From Negaprion brevirostris (Eukaryota): a DNA stretch of 64,000 nucleotides. Positions within the stretch are counted from its first letter, which is position 1. Each line of letters starts with the position of its first letter. This document shows, piece after piece, positions 39,546-53,790 of the stretch. The notes under the pieces were generated by a model. It worked only from the letters and a program-made list of their open reading frames with translations. It was not told where the DNA came from and did no database searches. Where the stretch lies: the NCBI GenBank assembly GCA_030324005.1, contig JARDVH010000160.1:16612264-16676263 (forward strand), in the 5' to 3' direction. The position numbers and the translations under genes were made by a program.

Positions 39546-42500
39546 GTGTTTTTAGGCTATTGTAAGACTATTATGTGACTCACTTTCTGTGGCTTAGGTA
39601 TAGAGCTTGAGTTTCAAATTAATCTAAATGTTGAGCTCCCTGACATCCAATTTTTTTGTCTAAGTTTGCTCAGGAGGTGCAAATCTATCAATTATCATTT
39701 GCACTGGGATACCAGATCTCCTGTGCGGAAAATGGAAGCGTGTGATTCCGTATCACCTGCTGACTTTTTCAGGTTTTTTGCACTTTGAAAAGCTGGCACC
39801 ATCATCCTGCTGCACCTGTGTCACATCATCATTTTCCAAAGCCATGATCTTTGTGAATCAATGCTATAATATAACTCAAATGAAACTCCATGATGAAAAC
39901 AAATTCCATGATGCAATACAGCAAATAAAGGCAAACATTACTGCATTACCAAAAAAACTGACAATTCCATGATTTCCCTTTTTAGCAGCCCTTTACAAGA
40001 ATGAGGAATTCTGATTACTGAAACTGAACTCCGGTTTCAGAGGAGACAGACAGTATTTAACTAATGAAATGTCCAATGCCTGTATCCATCATATGCAAGA
40101 GCTATTTTTAAACTCAGTGGCATGTATACAATATAATATACTCTCTCAGGCTCCTAAATCAAGAGCTTCCACATATGTTAAAAGTCACATCCTCAGTAAT
40201 GTTCCTTTAAATCACTAGCTGTACTCATGTTTAGTGTCAAAACCGCCAACCTTCCAAATTGGCTGTTATAATCTGTTACAGCTAGAACAAACAGTAGCTT
40301 GGGTTGACTCATCACATAAGAGGGCATGTGTAGGAGGAAAAGGGAAGTGGACAGAAACAAATCTGGACAATCTGATTAAATTATCTATCGTGAAGAAAGA
40401 ACAAACTGATCAAGGTTATATTTTTGTTTTTCTGGTAAAATAAGTCTGCAGCTTTCAGCTTGTGAAAAGCACAATGTATCAAATCAGTACTCAACAACTA
40501 ATAAGTTTCTTTGCAAATAAGGGTACAAATCACTTGGCACTGCTAATACAGATCCAGACTTTAAAAATATACTTAGTAGCCATGTAAATGACGCAAGTCT
40601 ATGCAGTACCTTGTATTGAAAAGATGGAAGCATACAAGGTGCTGGATAAAAGCTTTGAAAGGGACTTGAAACTTCAGCTCTTTTCTCTCCTTACTGACGC
40701 TACCAGACTTGCTGAGATTTTCCAGCATTTTCTCTTTTGAGTACAAGATACTGTTTCCTCCAGCACAGCAATACTGCAGCTAAACATGGCCACAGCTGCC
40801 ATTTTTAGATTGAGATCAATGTCAAATAGTTAAGATCAGTTTAAAATTCCCAAAAATCTGCAAATTCAATACATGGCAAACAATGGAATAAAACAAAAGT
40901 AAACACCTCCTGCTCCCAGTTCCAGTTGGAACATTAGGCATTTAACTGAGCTAAATGTATTGGACGGTCTTGGGTTTGATTTCATGTCTCTGCTGCTTTC
41001 AGTCAGCTGCCTGGGACCTACATTTTGGAATTTTTTCCTTGGATGATTTTGCCCTTCCACTTCTCTCACTTCCTTTAAAAACAGTCCCAAAATCCACCTC
41101 TTCCATCAAGCACTTAGTCAACACAATTCATCTCTTGCTTTCTGGCTTTGCATCCAAGTATCTTAGCTAATTTGCAACACCCTGGGATTTATTTATAAGT
41201 ATTAAATATATTATCCATATACAAGCTAATATTGCCAAGTTAATTGGTCAGCCGTAGAGGTGCTACAATCACTTCCACTGTCCCTCAGCAAGGAAGAAAA
41301 ATTATGCAGAATTCTTGCTCCTGATCACTGACCATGAACTCTTCTGGAAAATGCACCTGCTTGGATAGGACCAGGCTTAGCTGTGATGCTTTTCTGACTC
41401 CAATGTCTTACTCTCACTTGCCAATTTGAGCAGTGTTTCTCATACTGGCGCCTATGGACTCCTGGGAGTCCAGAGTGACTGGAGAAGCAACAAGGAAGAA
41501 AGATGGAACTAGAAATGCCCGTGTTTGGCTAGTTTGTTTTTGTGCTAACTTGGTTAAATAAATTACTATGATAGGATTTGCATCTATTTTGTGTTCACCT
41601 AGCTGTCGAGTCAAGCAGTTCAATACAGAGGGATTCAATCCCAAGATGTCCCACTACTTTAAAATTGATTAACCTCATTCAAGCAAACTGTATTTTGTCA
41701 GTTCTCAGCTGCATTCAAAAATTTGTAAGGGGAGGTTCAGTCTCAGTGCTAAAGAATTATCATCGATCTTAGACAGCAACTCCTGCTGACCGTCAAGAAT
41801 CACTCCTGTCATTGTGAAAATATTCAAGGTCAACTTATCTCAATTACAGGATGTATGTTGAAAAACAATCTTAATCTAAACAATATCACTTCTACTCAAT
41901 TGTGAGTTTGCTAGTATTGAAATGCTCAGCAATTGTCAGTAATATTCTTGATTAGCAATGTCAAATTGTATATGATGCACCCTATCAGGTATGCTTTCCA
42001 ATGTTGAAAAATGTTTTCAACTGTACATTTGCACCTGAAACATGCAATAATGGTTGTCAGCATGCCTGTAAGTAGAGAGTGTGGTAAAGTCTATATTTTC
42101 ACACCTTTCCAAGCCAAAGTAGATCCGAACAGCTAATCAACAAATGCAATGAGTGAATGACTCAAAGAAAAATCACTCCCTGGAAAGCTCTCCTACAACT
42201 GAAGTGCAACGTCTTCCACGAAAGGAAGTTACTGCACCGAAAGAAGTGCATATAAAGATACTGAACAGAAAAGATTTGTGAAGAAAGAACCTTAATTCTC
42301 CAAGGATGCTGCCAGGCCTGCGGAGTATTTTCATCATTTTCTTTTTTTAGTTCACTACAATTAAATCCTGGCATTTGAACCATTTCAATCATTCCTTATA
42401 GGTCTGAAATGACATTACATTTCTAATCATACAAAATCATGGAGGTGAAAACTGTTGTTGGAATGATGCAACAGTAGCACCTGATTGAGGCAATACAATT

Positions 42501-45500
42501 GTGTATGCATTCATGATCTAAATTTTAGATATACTTATATTCAGCCATTTTTGCTCAATAAATTCAACCTATCTAGTAGCAAATGCAAGTCATTTTATTA
42601 AAATGGCACAGAATTTTTTGCTTTGTACAATTCCCATCCAAATTAGGCTGCAGATAACACATTTTCATTATACGGCAAAACACAATAAAGAATTGGAATT
42701 GAAATTGCTTACAAGAGAGGAAATTTGCTTTCTCGGATAGGAATCATCAAAATCTGGTACTAGCCCAAATCCTTTACTGAAGAATAATGCTGTTCTGCAG
42801 AATTTTTAACAATATATTTCTTCTGAAGAAATGAACAATCAAATTTAAAGTAGAAAACTGCTGTGTATGCCCTTACTTTTAACATACTACTATACTGTGA
42901 TTTGACCAATGTCATTTATTGTTTTTGACTGCCTTCAGAGCAACAAAATAAAATGTATTCATAATGTACCTCCCATATTGACTCACTCTTTGCATTACTC
43001 TCAAAGGCAGACAGATGAAAATTATTCTCTCCGTTCTCTAGCTTAGAGGTCTAGAACAAGGAGCTATTGATACAGAGATTAAGAACAGAACAAAAGGAGC
43101 TATTTTATTTCATACACTATACACAAAAGTTGCAAGGCTGTGAAATTCAGTTCCATGATTACATAAGTGAGGCAGGAACTTCAACAGCATTCAAGACTAA
43201 GTTGTATAGGTAGATTGATTAATCCAAGAATATCAAAACAATACAACTCTCAAATTCTGTAACCTGGCTCATGAAAGTTAATTTAGTTTTACTTTACCTA
43301 TGCTGCTATTTCTAATTTATTTTGATGTCTTGTTTAAATTTAGAGACCTCTAGATTCAGAAACTGCTGATTTTAATGGTATTGCCAAAAAAGACCTATTA
43401 CTATTGAAGTAAATTGAGCTATACAAATTAATGGGAGTATGAATTAAATCTTTTTTATATGACTCTTAACCTACATAACAGATGAAGAATAAAAAAAACC
43501 TAAACAGTCCTGATATAACCAGATTTACTCAGCTTTAATGTGGATCGCAATTTTCTGTTAGTTGTGAAATGATCCCTCCAAAAAGGAGCTTAAATGTTAT
43601 AATGGATTGGAACAAGACATTGCATAATTTTCCAGCTGCTCAGAAGAGGATTGGGATAGGCAGTCTTTCAATCAGCTTCAGAGGGCCTAAGCAAAGCTCA
43701 ATGAACATTACAAAAAGTTATACAATTTTTAATCTTGTGATTTTCAAATTTGCTTTTAGTATTGGCCTCTGCCATTAATTGTTGTTTTTAATTTTATTCA
43801 GTTTACTTCCACCTATAACTGATCACCTTGGTACCCCTTAGAAATGGATTATTTTCAGTATGAGGCAATCCATTAATTATATTCCATAGGATCATAGTTC
43901 AACATGACTGGCACCTCCATCACGCATCTCTTCTTGACAGAGTTGCCCAATATCATTGTATGACAGCTCTTCCCAAAGGAAATGCAGGCATGAGTCCATC
44001 TTGCAGTCTATCACATGTCAGAAAGCAATTAAGCATCTTGTACCAAGGTAAACATCTAATGATTTGTGTCAAGCCCTTTGAAAGTGCATATGTGACAAAG
44101 GCAGGGCCCAGGAGAGCCGGCTGCACAAAGCACAAAATTTCCATGCCCACAGGAAACCCAGGGCTCAAGTAAATATTTTCTACACCACAGGATTTTGATT
44201 CTGAGATTCCATCTGATTGACCAGCTGCAACTGGCCTGTGATGTGACATGCTGTGGGTCCACCTTGCTGTGATCTGGTCTGCCGCAATCTGATGGTCACA
44301 TTGTTTAACTCTGAGTCTGGTATGATATTGGTAGCTTATTTCAGTGCCATGGCAGGAGCACAAAGAACTTGAAAAGGCTCAGAAAGAGTACAGACGTTTT
44401 CCAAGTTATGATCATAAACTGGAAAGGTTTACACATCTATCCATGACCAGAAGGTAGCTACCACCTTGACTTTATTCCCAATCATTTTTATGTGAAGTAT
44501 GTGCTTTTTTTTTTTTAAGTGAAACCTTTCACTACATGGTCTTGTTAGCTGTGGGGGCAATTTTCCATACAGCTTCATAACTCTCACCTTGAGGAAGATA
44601 TCGTGTCCAGGTTTCTGCTACACTCACTAGAGGGGAGTCCATAGCAGCAGAGTTCAATTGATGTGAAATACTGTAAAATCTTGGTTAATTTGAGCAATGT
44701 CCTAAGTATGTCAGGGGCTGTAGGTTATTAGCAAAAGGAAAAGGCTGTGGTTTGCACACACAGATTCAAAATTTCAACAATAGATTTTATTAAGATGTAG
44801 ACTCTACAAGGTATAAACTGAAACTAAAAGCATGGGCCTCTGAAACTCCCAAGGACATCACCATCAAATCATGTGGTCTGCTCTTAAAGCAATCATGCAA
44901 CTACTTAAATATAAAACAATTTGATAAACAAAATACACCACAGCAACATTATTGCAAAACTATAAAGTGTGCAGTAATACATACTATAAAGTGTAAAGTG
45001 GATGCTTTCAGTTGTACATTTAAACAAAACTAGGGCAGATACTCTACAATATAGACCAGATCTGGTTTATAAATAGCCTTCTCATGAGAAACAAATGATT
45101 AACCGAGTAAAGCACTGTTTAAAAGAGACATAGTGCTCGAGTATTTATATATAGTCCCTCTGTGCGATGCCAATATTCCTAGATTTTGCAGTTGCTAAGC
45201 TTCCTGCAAAACTCAGCTCGCAGTCTTCCACAGCAATGTAAGCCAGAGGGGAGACTTTATTTTTATATGGACAGGAGCGTTACGCTTTGCAAATATATTG
45301 TTCTTCATAGTAGCAAACGCCTGTCTAAAATAACCTCAGATTCTCATCTGAGTTAATGAACACATAGGTTTACTTTTTCAAGTCTTCCTTCATAATTTGA
45401 ATTTTCTTGAATCCAGAAAATCTGTGCTGGACCCACTCTTCCACTTCAACATAGTTGTTGAATCCCAAAGCCTGCAATATTCCAACTGCAGAATCATCAT

Positions 45501-46319
45501 TTAGATTTCAACTTGTTTGTTCTACACTTTTTGTCACAAGACCAGGCTTTGTCTGATTAAGATGCTGGTTTTAATATTTTGCATGCTGAATCCCCTAAAT
45601 CCCTCCACCTTCCATGTGACCCAGACTTTCTTGGTGCTAAGTACACATTGTTAACTGAAATGTACCAGCTGCCATTGAATTCTATTTGTCATTATTTTAG
45701 CCTATTCTTTTTCGACTTATTCCCTAAAGTCTTTGATCCTTCGAATTATTCACCATTATTACCTATAAATTTAACCAACAACGTACAGCGCAATCATTAA
45801 TGTACATGGTGAATGGAGGTAGCAGCAGAATAGAATCCCACGGGGTCAACACCACAATTTGTAATCATTCTGGAAAACTGCCCTCAACATCTATTCTCCA
45901 TTCTTCCTTTCTAAATGGTTATTCGTCCAATGTGCTGTCCTCCCACTTGTTCCCTTTGCCTTGATCATTGCCAACAGTCTCTTCGTGTGGTGTCTTGTCG
46001 GTGTATTATATTTCCTTGATCCATAATAATTGTTAGCTCTCTGAAGAACCATCAGCTTTGTTAATCATGAATTTGCTTCCTGGAATCTACATCCGCCACT
46101 ACAGATTATTTTCTCATTATCTTGTTCGTTTTATCTTTAATCAAAGATTGCCTAGGTTAGTTATGTCATCCTTGTTGAAAAATGGGCCCTCTGGCATTCG
46201 TCAACTCCCAATAGAAACACGGAGTTGGAGAGGAGTGCAGCCAATCAGCCTTGACCTGCATGGGGCTATCACTATTGGAGAAGTGCGTGGACTAAAAATC
46301 TGATCCAAGGTAATCATAT

Positions 46320-47318
46320 CAGCTGGAATACTCCCAAAAAAATTCTAAGTGTTGAATTCAAGTGAAAACTGGAGTAATTCACACTTGTTTTTTCACTGAG
46401 AATTCAGATTAGGGTCTCTCACACTCTGTGCACTGCTGGACCTATTCCCACCCAGAAGGCTGAAATCAGTGGGCACCCGATTGCTGGCCAGCTTGATCAC
46501 TAGCCAGTCCACAACGCTGCACCTCCAAACCGACCCCCCATGGCCTGATCGCGGGCCCCATGCCCGACCATTCCCGGGCCAGCCCGACTCTTCCCGCATC
46601 CCAGACTGCCCCAATCTCCAGCCCCCGTCCCCAACAGTTACTCGTCCCACTCCAGTAGTGCCTATCCCACCCCCTGCCCAGCAGGCAGATCAGCCTATCT
46701 GACCCCCTCCCCTCACCCCATCAGCCCGCCCATTCACTGGCCTCCTCCTTACTTGACCCATCCCAAAGGCAGAGTGACAGCAGGACACCCCCCCCCACTG
46801 ACCACCACTGGGACTCGCCCCCAGCAGGTCCTGCCCCCCAGGCACCGGCCTTGCCTGATGGGCATTGCCAAGGTACCTACTGGGCATTAGCACTTTGCCC
46901 CTTGGGCAGTGCCAAGGTGTCCAGGCTGGCACTGCAGGAGTGCCAATGCCCAGGAGTCACCTTTCCCCTCGCCACTCAACCACCTTGGGGGTGCCAATTG
47001 ACCCCCTTCACTCCACCGGGGTCAGGTCACTAGTTCCCCAAAAGTGGGAAGCTCGTGTAATTCCCACTGGAGTGAAACACTCTGGCAGAATGGGAGAGAC
47101 TAGGGGGGGAACTCAGTCCTTGGCCCACTAATAGCATTTAAACAATATTTAAAATATCACTTAAAGGTTAGCCCCACCTCCTCGCTGATTTCCAACGCAG
47201 ACCGTGACAGAAATCCAGTGATGCTAGCGGGGCATGAACTTGCGTACAAATCCCGCGCAATTCACCCTGCCCGCTGTGTTAAAAAAATTAGTGCAGCGGG
47301 ATGGGAGAATCACGGCCA
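46320..47318. mobile_element. Second copy of the GC-rich TIR element
   Basis: Colinear with 26537-27453; ends ggaatactccca / tgggagaatcacggcc. Confidence 0.72.
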
Positions 47319-49569
47319 TCCTGTATGAGGCATCTTAGAACAGGGTAAATCTTTGAAGAATAACCAAGTGAATCTCAAATAGATGGGAAGTGAGGAGTAT
47401 TGGGGAGCAGTGAGAGTCTGAATTGGGCAATCAGGTTCTCATCTGAAGTTGTAATATGTTTAATATGCTGAGATCTAGATTGGAATGCTGGGCATGCATC
47501 CAGGTGTTTACACCAGCTGAGATTCATTTTTGTTTTTTTGAAATTCGGCTGATGGCGCTTGTCATGGGGCTACTAAATTTCCCCCTTATTTGCAAATATT
47601 TGCCCTCTGTTGACCTGGATCCCCAGAGTAAGATCATGCAGTGGAGATGTTGTAGATTCCCCTTGTAGCTCCAAGCTCAGACAGGATGGGGGCCTCCTCA
47701 GAATTCCCAGATGGTTTTGGCAAGTGTGGATTCTGCTTAGCTACTTTGCTACATTCCTTTTTTATTATTCATTCGTTGGACATTGGTCTTGCGGCTGGTC
47801 AGCATTTATTTCCCATCCCTGGTTGCCCTTGGATGGCAGTTGAGAGTCAACTACATTGCTGTGACTCTGGAGTCACATATAGACCAGACTAGTTAAGGCC
47901 AGCAAATTTCGTTCCCTGAAGGACATTAGTGACAAATATAATAAGTTCCAAATACACCACTCCTATGTCTTGGTTGGGATGGAAGTCTCTTTAAATAATG
48001 TTGATGCTGATGTGGCATTTAGGGGAATCATCTTCCTGGGAAAATAAAGTGACGCGTAAACATCTTTTTCTGAATTAAATAAAGAGAATCCGGGAAATGG
48101 GGCTTTTCTCCTGGGCCCTGGCTACGAGTACAAATTGCAACCTTAGTGTGATTCCGTCTGGGCATACACAATAAAAAAAAAGAGTTGTTAGATTATGTGA
48201 GGGCTTGGCATGGGCTAAGTAAACAAGCAGTAGTCTGACAGTATTCATGCCACAAAGCATTGCCTGTCAACCACCTACCGGATAAAAGTTACAGCTGCAG
48301 TACTTTCATCTGTTGAACTTCCTAAAAGTGTGCCTTTTTTGCATATGTTCAAAGGCTTGTGGGCAATTTAAACAGTATGGAGCTGAGCCACCTGCTGCTG
48401 CCAGACATGCTGCCCAGAAATAACAGACAGGGCAACCCTCTTTTCTCCAATGTCATGGAGTACACCTCCCTTTCAGCAGATATCCAGCAACAAGTTATAT
48501 ATCATTTTGTCACTTAACCACTGGCCACTTTAAAGCTTCAAACAGCTTTGAAATCATTTAAGTATACTTTTAAAATAGTTATAGCCTTCGTAAAAGTTGT
48601 AGTATTTCTATTCCCTTTCTAAGGCTGATGTCACATCCTATTTGACCTCTGCTTAGCCAGACCCTAAATGAGTTGGGAACTACTGGCATTTGAATCCAAA
48701 AGGAAGCTAGTCAGCATCTTAACACAATAAGCAAGCACTGGAAAAGTCCACTTTTGACAGTAATTTGGTTAAAAAGTAAATCATTTTTGTTTGCTTCTGG
48801 CAATTTCTGCTTACTTATATTAAACTGAATACCTTAAAAGTAACAGTTTATTGCAAAAAAATCAAAGACCCTAAAGTAAGTACAAACAGGTCAGGCACAA
48901 TAAAAAACTTTGAAACTCACACATTTATTGAGAATCTAGTGGAAATGAATTGTACCACGTCTGAAATTACTCTGTCACCAATGCTTGAAATCACTTCGTT
49001 GGCATTTCTATCTGTGAAACATAGCTTCAAACAAAAACATCAACATGGGCTACTGATGAAACAAAGTAAACTAACTTCTAGTTCACTTCTCAACATATCC
49101 TTCTATTTCAAGGCTACCAAAATACATGCCTAATGCATACATCAAATTACAGCAAAAAGTAATGAGAAGCTGGCATTTAGTGTCAGCACACTTTCAACAC
49201 TCCCATTCCACCCTTTGAATCAGATCATGGCTGATCTGTAACTCCATTCTCATTTTTCCACTACTGCTGTCAGTGAGAACAGAAGATTTGGCACTGAGCC
49301 AGAACTCCATTCCCTGCAGCAGGGCTGAAGAATCACAGCTACAGGTGAGCTTAGAGAATTCTAGCCGGTACTGTTCGCAGTTTGATTCAGTACTCACAAT
49401 AGTCCTTAGCACCACCGAAGATAAGGTTAGCATGATTTCAGTTTGAAATCTGACCGGAATAATCTCAGCTATTTGTACCTGCCCACCAGTTGGCTGTCTT
49501 TGCTTCACAAACATGCACATGGAACATGCTTGCTAGTGGTATTTCTTTTGTCTAGACAAATGCACAAGT

Positions 49570-49727
49570 AGAACCATAGAATCCTTATAGTGCAGAAGGA
49601 GGCCATTCAGCCCATCAAGTTTGCACCAACTCTCCGAAGAGCATCTTACCCAGGCTCACCCCATCCTGCTTTACCTCTGTTACCCCATGCATGTACCATG
49701 GCTAATCCCCTTAACATGCACATCTTT
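49570..49727 (-). mobile_element. HE1 SINE 3' fragment
   Basis: atagaatcctt..agtgcagaaggaggccattcagcccatc...catggctaatcc..taacatgcacatcttt. Confidence 0.75.
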
Positions 49728-49884
49728 CGAAGCAGTGAAAAACTACAACAGAATGTTGAAGAAATCTACCAAGTTTCCACCAAAGTTTTTTTTCCAGTGG
49801 TAAAACAAAATACATTTAAAAGACTTTCTATCTTCTGCTGTCAAACCAGCAGATTTGTAGTACAAAGGTACTTAACAGCAATCA

Positions 49885-51570
49885 AGTGATGAAAACAGGC
49901 AATAAAATATGGCCAATCATCATCCTTGGCGGCCCCACAATTTGAAGATGATATTTACTCATGGTCGTGGATTTCTGCCTTTGGACTCTCAACCCACAGA
50001 TCAATGGGCACATGGAACAAGGCATCCCATGAGACAATGTGAATACAGGGTTTGCTTTCTTCTCTTTCCCTATCTGCTGCTGCTCTACTTCATCATTAAA
50101 AAGTTGTAACTCAAAGCATGATGCAGCTTGATGGACAAGTTGCTGCCATTCCAAACGACTGGTAGTAAGCTTCTCCCATTCACTGTCAATATTGCCATGC
50201 TTCAAAGAGAGCTTCACAGTATATTTGATGCATTTTCTTTGCTCTTGGAGTGTGAACCATTCAAAAGTTGAGAAAATAGGGTCTGGCAAGAAAACAGCTT
50301 TCAGCCATTTGGACACAATGGCCAGTCAAGTGAAGCTTATTTTGCAGAGGCTTTGTCTGAATATTTGTGGAGCTGATTTTAAAAAGGACACTTGTATTTG
50401 TTTGGTGGTCCTCCCATTGGATTTTTTGGATGTGGCAGAAACATTATAATGAAAATTTCTCTAGCACTTCTTGTGGAAATAATACAGTCCTTGCTTCACT
50501 GTGCAATGATGACAACTGCTCTGAACATTAGAATTTGTGTTGACCTGCAGAGCTCTTTGTTGTCAAACACTCATTGCTATAGTTGTACAAGGCTGAATGA
50601 GCTGGCACAGCTGATCCAGTATTTGATCTACTCGTCAATGGTAGCTTTTTAAGAGAGGAGGCTGCCAAGGTATGAGAAGTGTTCAACATATTCCAGTGTC
50701 TCTCCTTCAACACATTTGGGAGGCAAAATATTTGGCTGACCATGAACCAGATGTGGGGTGATATATTAATTTTGTTTTGGCAACATTCAAGTCTGTTGTA
50801 TGTAGAACTGAAGAGGGAGAGTATGGATTGCAGATCTAGTGCAAGGTGGGCAACAATACTGCAGTTGCCTGAAAATTGTAGGCCATGTATATCTATGATA
50901 GTCAGTATAGTCTTGGCAGGAAGGTGACTGATGTTAAAGTGTTTTCTGTCTAGACAGCATTTAATACCAACACCACACAGGACAGATGATCTTTGATGAA
51001 GTGAATAGTCATTGTCAGGTGCATTGTAACTTTTTTAGGAGATATCACACAGCTTTGTTTGACCTCAAGTCAGATTCTAAAAGTGTCTGTTTCATTTCCC
51101 ACTCAAGGCAGTTACAGTCATATCATTATGAAAAAATTGCAAGGTTCTTGGACATCCCAATCTCTGGATCACAATTCACACTGCCAGACAATTTACTGAG
51201 TCAAATATTTTGCTCAAGTCAAGGAATGCAATGAAGAATTTCTGGTATTATGCTAGACATTTTTCTTTGATTTGACTGGCCATAAAGGCCATGTTGCAAA
51301 TACCTCCGAAAGGTCTAAAGAGACACACTGTCTCTCTGGGAAGTATGCAATTCAAGAGAATATAAATCAGGATTTTCCCTGCTGTGGACATGAGGGAGGT
51401 ACCTTGATAGTTACCGCAGTATGACTTGGCTGCATTATTCAAGATATTTACAATTGTTGCATTTCTCAAAACAATGGGGAGCCCCTTTTCCCTTCCAAAT
51501 ATGCGGGATGAGTGCATGGAGTCTTAAAGTCCACTAACTTTGAAGAACTTAGCTGGAATTGCATTGGGGC
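49885..51570 (-). mobile_element. Highly degenerate RTE-clade LINE
   Basis: Minus-strand translations CGNYQGTSLMSTAGKIL..ILLN..LPRETVCLFRP and CNMAFMASQIKEKC resemble RTE ORF2 (CGNYRGISLL..AGKI..LPE.QCGFR..RQ.QEKC). Confidence 0.82.
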
Positions 51571-51732
51571 TGCAGTGGTGATTCAATGATATGGCACTTA
51601 GAGAAATCCCCCCAACAATTTTATATACCTCAATCAAATCTCCACTCAGTCATTTCTGTTCCAAGAAAACCAACCTCAGTCTATCCAATCTCTCCTCATA
51701 GATGCAATTGTCTAGTTCTGGCAACATTCTTA

Positions 51733-53790
51733 TAGAATCAGAGGTTTACGCATGGAAGCAGGTCCTTCAACCCAACTTGTCCATGCTGCCCTTTCTTTTT
51801 TAAAACTCTTAAGCTGGTCCCAATTGCCCGCATTTGGCCCTCATCCCTCTATACCCATCTTACCCATGTAACTGTCTAAATGCTTTTTAAAAGACAAAAT
51901 TGTATCCACCTCTACTGCTACCTCTGGCAGCTTGTTCCACTCACCACCCTCTGTGAGAAAACATTGCCCCTCTGGACCCTCTTTAACTCTCCCTTCTCAC
52001 CTTAAATCTACGCCCTCTAATTTTAGACTTCCCTACCTTTGGGAAAAGATTTTGACTATCTAGCTGATCTATACCCCTCATTATTTTATAAACCTCTACA
52101 TGATCACCCCTCGGCCTCCTACGCTCCAGAGAAAAAAGTCCCAGAATATCTATCCTCTCCTTATAACTCAAACCATCAAGTCCTAGTAGATCTCTTCTGC
52201 ACTCTTTCTAGTTTAATAATATCGTTTCCATAATAGGGTGACCAGAACTGCACACAGTATTCCAAATGTGGCCTTACCAATGTCTTGTACAACTTCAACA
52301 AGACGTCCCATCTCCTTTATTCAATATTCTGACTGATGAAACCAAGCATGCCGAATGCCTTCTTCACCACTCTGTCCACCTGTGACTCCACTTTNNNNNN
52401 NNNNNNNNNNNNNNNNNNNNNNNNNNNNNNNNNNNNNNNNNNNNNNNNNNNNNNNNNNNNNNNNNNNNNNNNNNNNNNNNNNNNNNNNNNNNNNTTCCAA
52501 GTGTGGCCTTACCAATGTCTTGTACAACTTCAACAAGACGTCCCAACTCCTGTATTCAATGTTCTGACCAACGAAACCAAGCATGCTGAATGCCTTCTTC
52601 ATCACTCTGTCCACCTATGATTCCACTTTCAAGGAGCTATGAACCTATACCCCTAGATCTCTTCATTTTGTATCTCTCCCCAGCGCCCTACCATTAACTG
52701 AGTAAATCCTGCCCCGGTTAAATCCCCAAAATGCATTACCTCGCACTTATCTAAATTAAACTCCATCTGCCATTCGTCAGCCCACTGACCCAATTGATCA
52801 AGATCCCGTTGCAATCGGAGATAACCTTCTTCACTGTCCACTATGCCACCAATCTTAGTATCATCTGCAACTTACTAATCATGCCTCCCATATTCTCATC
52901 CAAATCATTAATATAAATGATAAGTAGCAACAGTGGACCCAGCACCAATCCCTGAGGCACACTGCTGGTCACAGTTCTCCAGTTTGAAAAACAACCTTCT
53001 AAAACCACTCTCTGGCTTCTGTTATCAAGCCAACTTTATATCCATTTTTAGCTACCTCAGCCTGGATCCCATGAGATTTAACCTTATGCGACAACCTACC
53101 ATGCAGTACTTTGTCAAAGGCCTTGCTAAAGTCCACGTAGACAACATCAACTGCACTGTCCTCATCTACCTTCTTAGTTACCCCTTCAAAAAACTCAATC
53201 AAATTTGTGAGATATGATGTTCCACTCACAAAGCCATGCTGACTGTCCCTGATCAGTCCTTGCATCTCTAAATGCCTGTAGATCCTGTCTCTTGAAATAC
53301 CTTCCACAGGTATTACTTACCCACCACAGATGTGAGTCTCACCAGCCTGTAGTTCCCGAGCTTTTCCCTGCAGCTTTTTTTAAACAAATGCAGAACATTT
53401 GCCACCCTCCAATCTTCAGGCACTTTATCTGTGGCTGTCAATGATAGCAGTATCTCTGCTAGAGGACCTGCAATTTCCTCCCTAGCCTTCCACAATGTCC
53501 TGGGATACACTTCATCAGGTCCTGGGGATTTATCTACCTTGATGACCTGAAGACTTCTAGCACCTCCTCCTCTGTAATATGTATACTCCTCAAGACATCA
53601 CTATTTATTCCCCCAAGTTCCCTAACGTCCATGCTTTTCTCAACAATAAATACTGATGAGAAATATTCATTTAGGATCTCACCCATTTGCCCTTTATCTA
53701 TTTGTCGAAGCTCTTTGGATTCTCCTTTGCCTTATCTGCCAAAACAATCTTGGGTCCCCTTTTTACCCTCCTGATTTCTCTCTTAACTCT
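51733..53790 (-). mobile_element. CR1 LINE, about 2 kb, disrupted ORF2 RT domain
   Basis: ORF pieces VPEDWRVANV..GNYRLVRLTSVVGK, SQHGFV..YVDFSKAFDKV, ADDTK (about 52855-52870), LQRDLDQL..WQMEFNLDKCEV and LYKTLVRPHLE appear in order. Older CR1 pieces flank it at 51595-51730 and 53810-54065. Confidence 0.95.

Noticed and set aside
44719-44942. Possible short solo LTR (TGT...ACA)
   Set aside because: No matching target-site duplication and no second copy in the window.
45050-45071. 22-bp near-palindrome tatagaccagatctggtttata
   Set aside because: Short and isolated, plausibly chance.
46393-47131. Cluster of Pro/Gly-rich ORFs, also at 26614-27197
   Set aside because: A by-product of the GC-rich repeat; frames are not conserved between the two copies.
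52260-52629. 135-bp duplication inside the CR1
   Set aside because: It flanks a 100-N placeholder gap exactly; most likely an unmerged overlap or reads from another CR1 copy.
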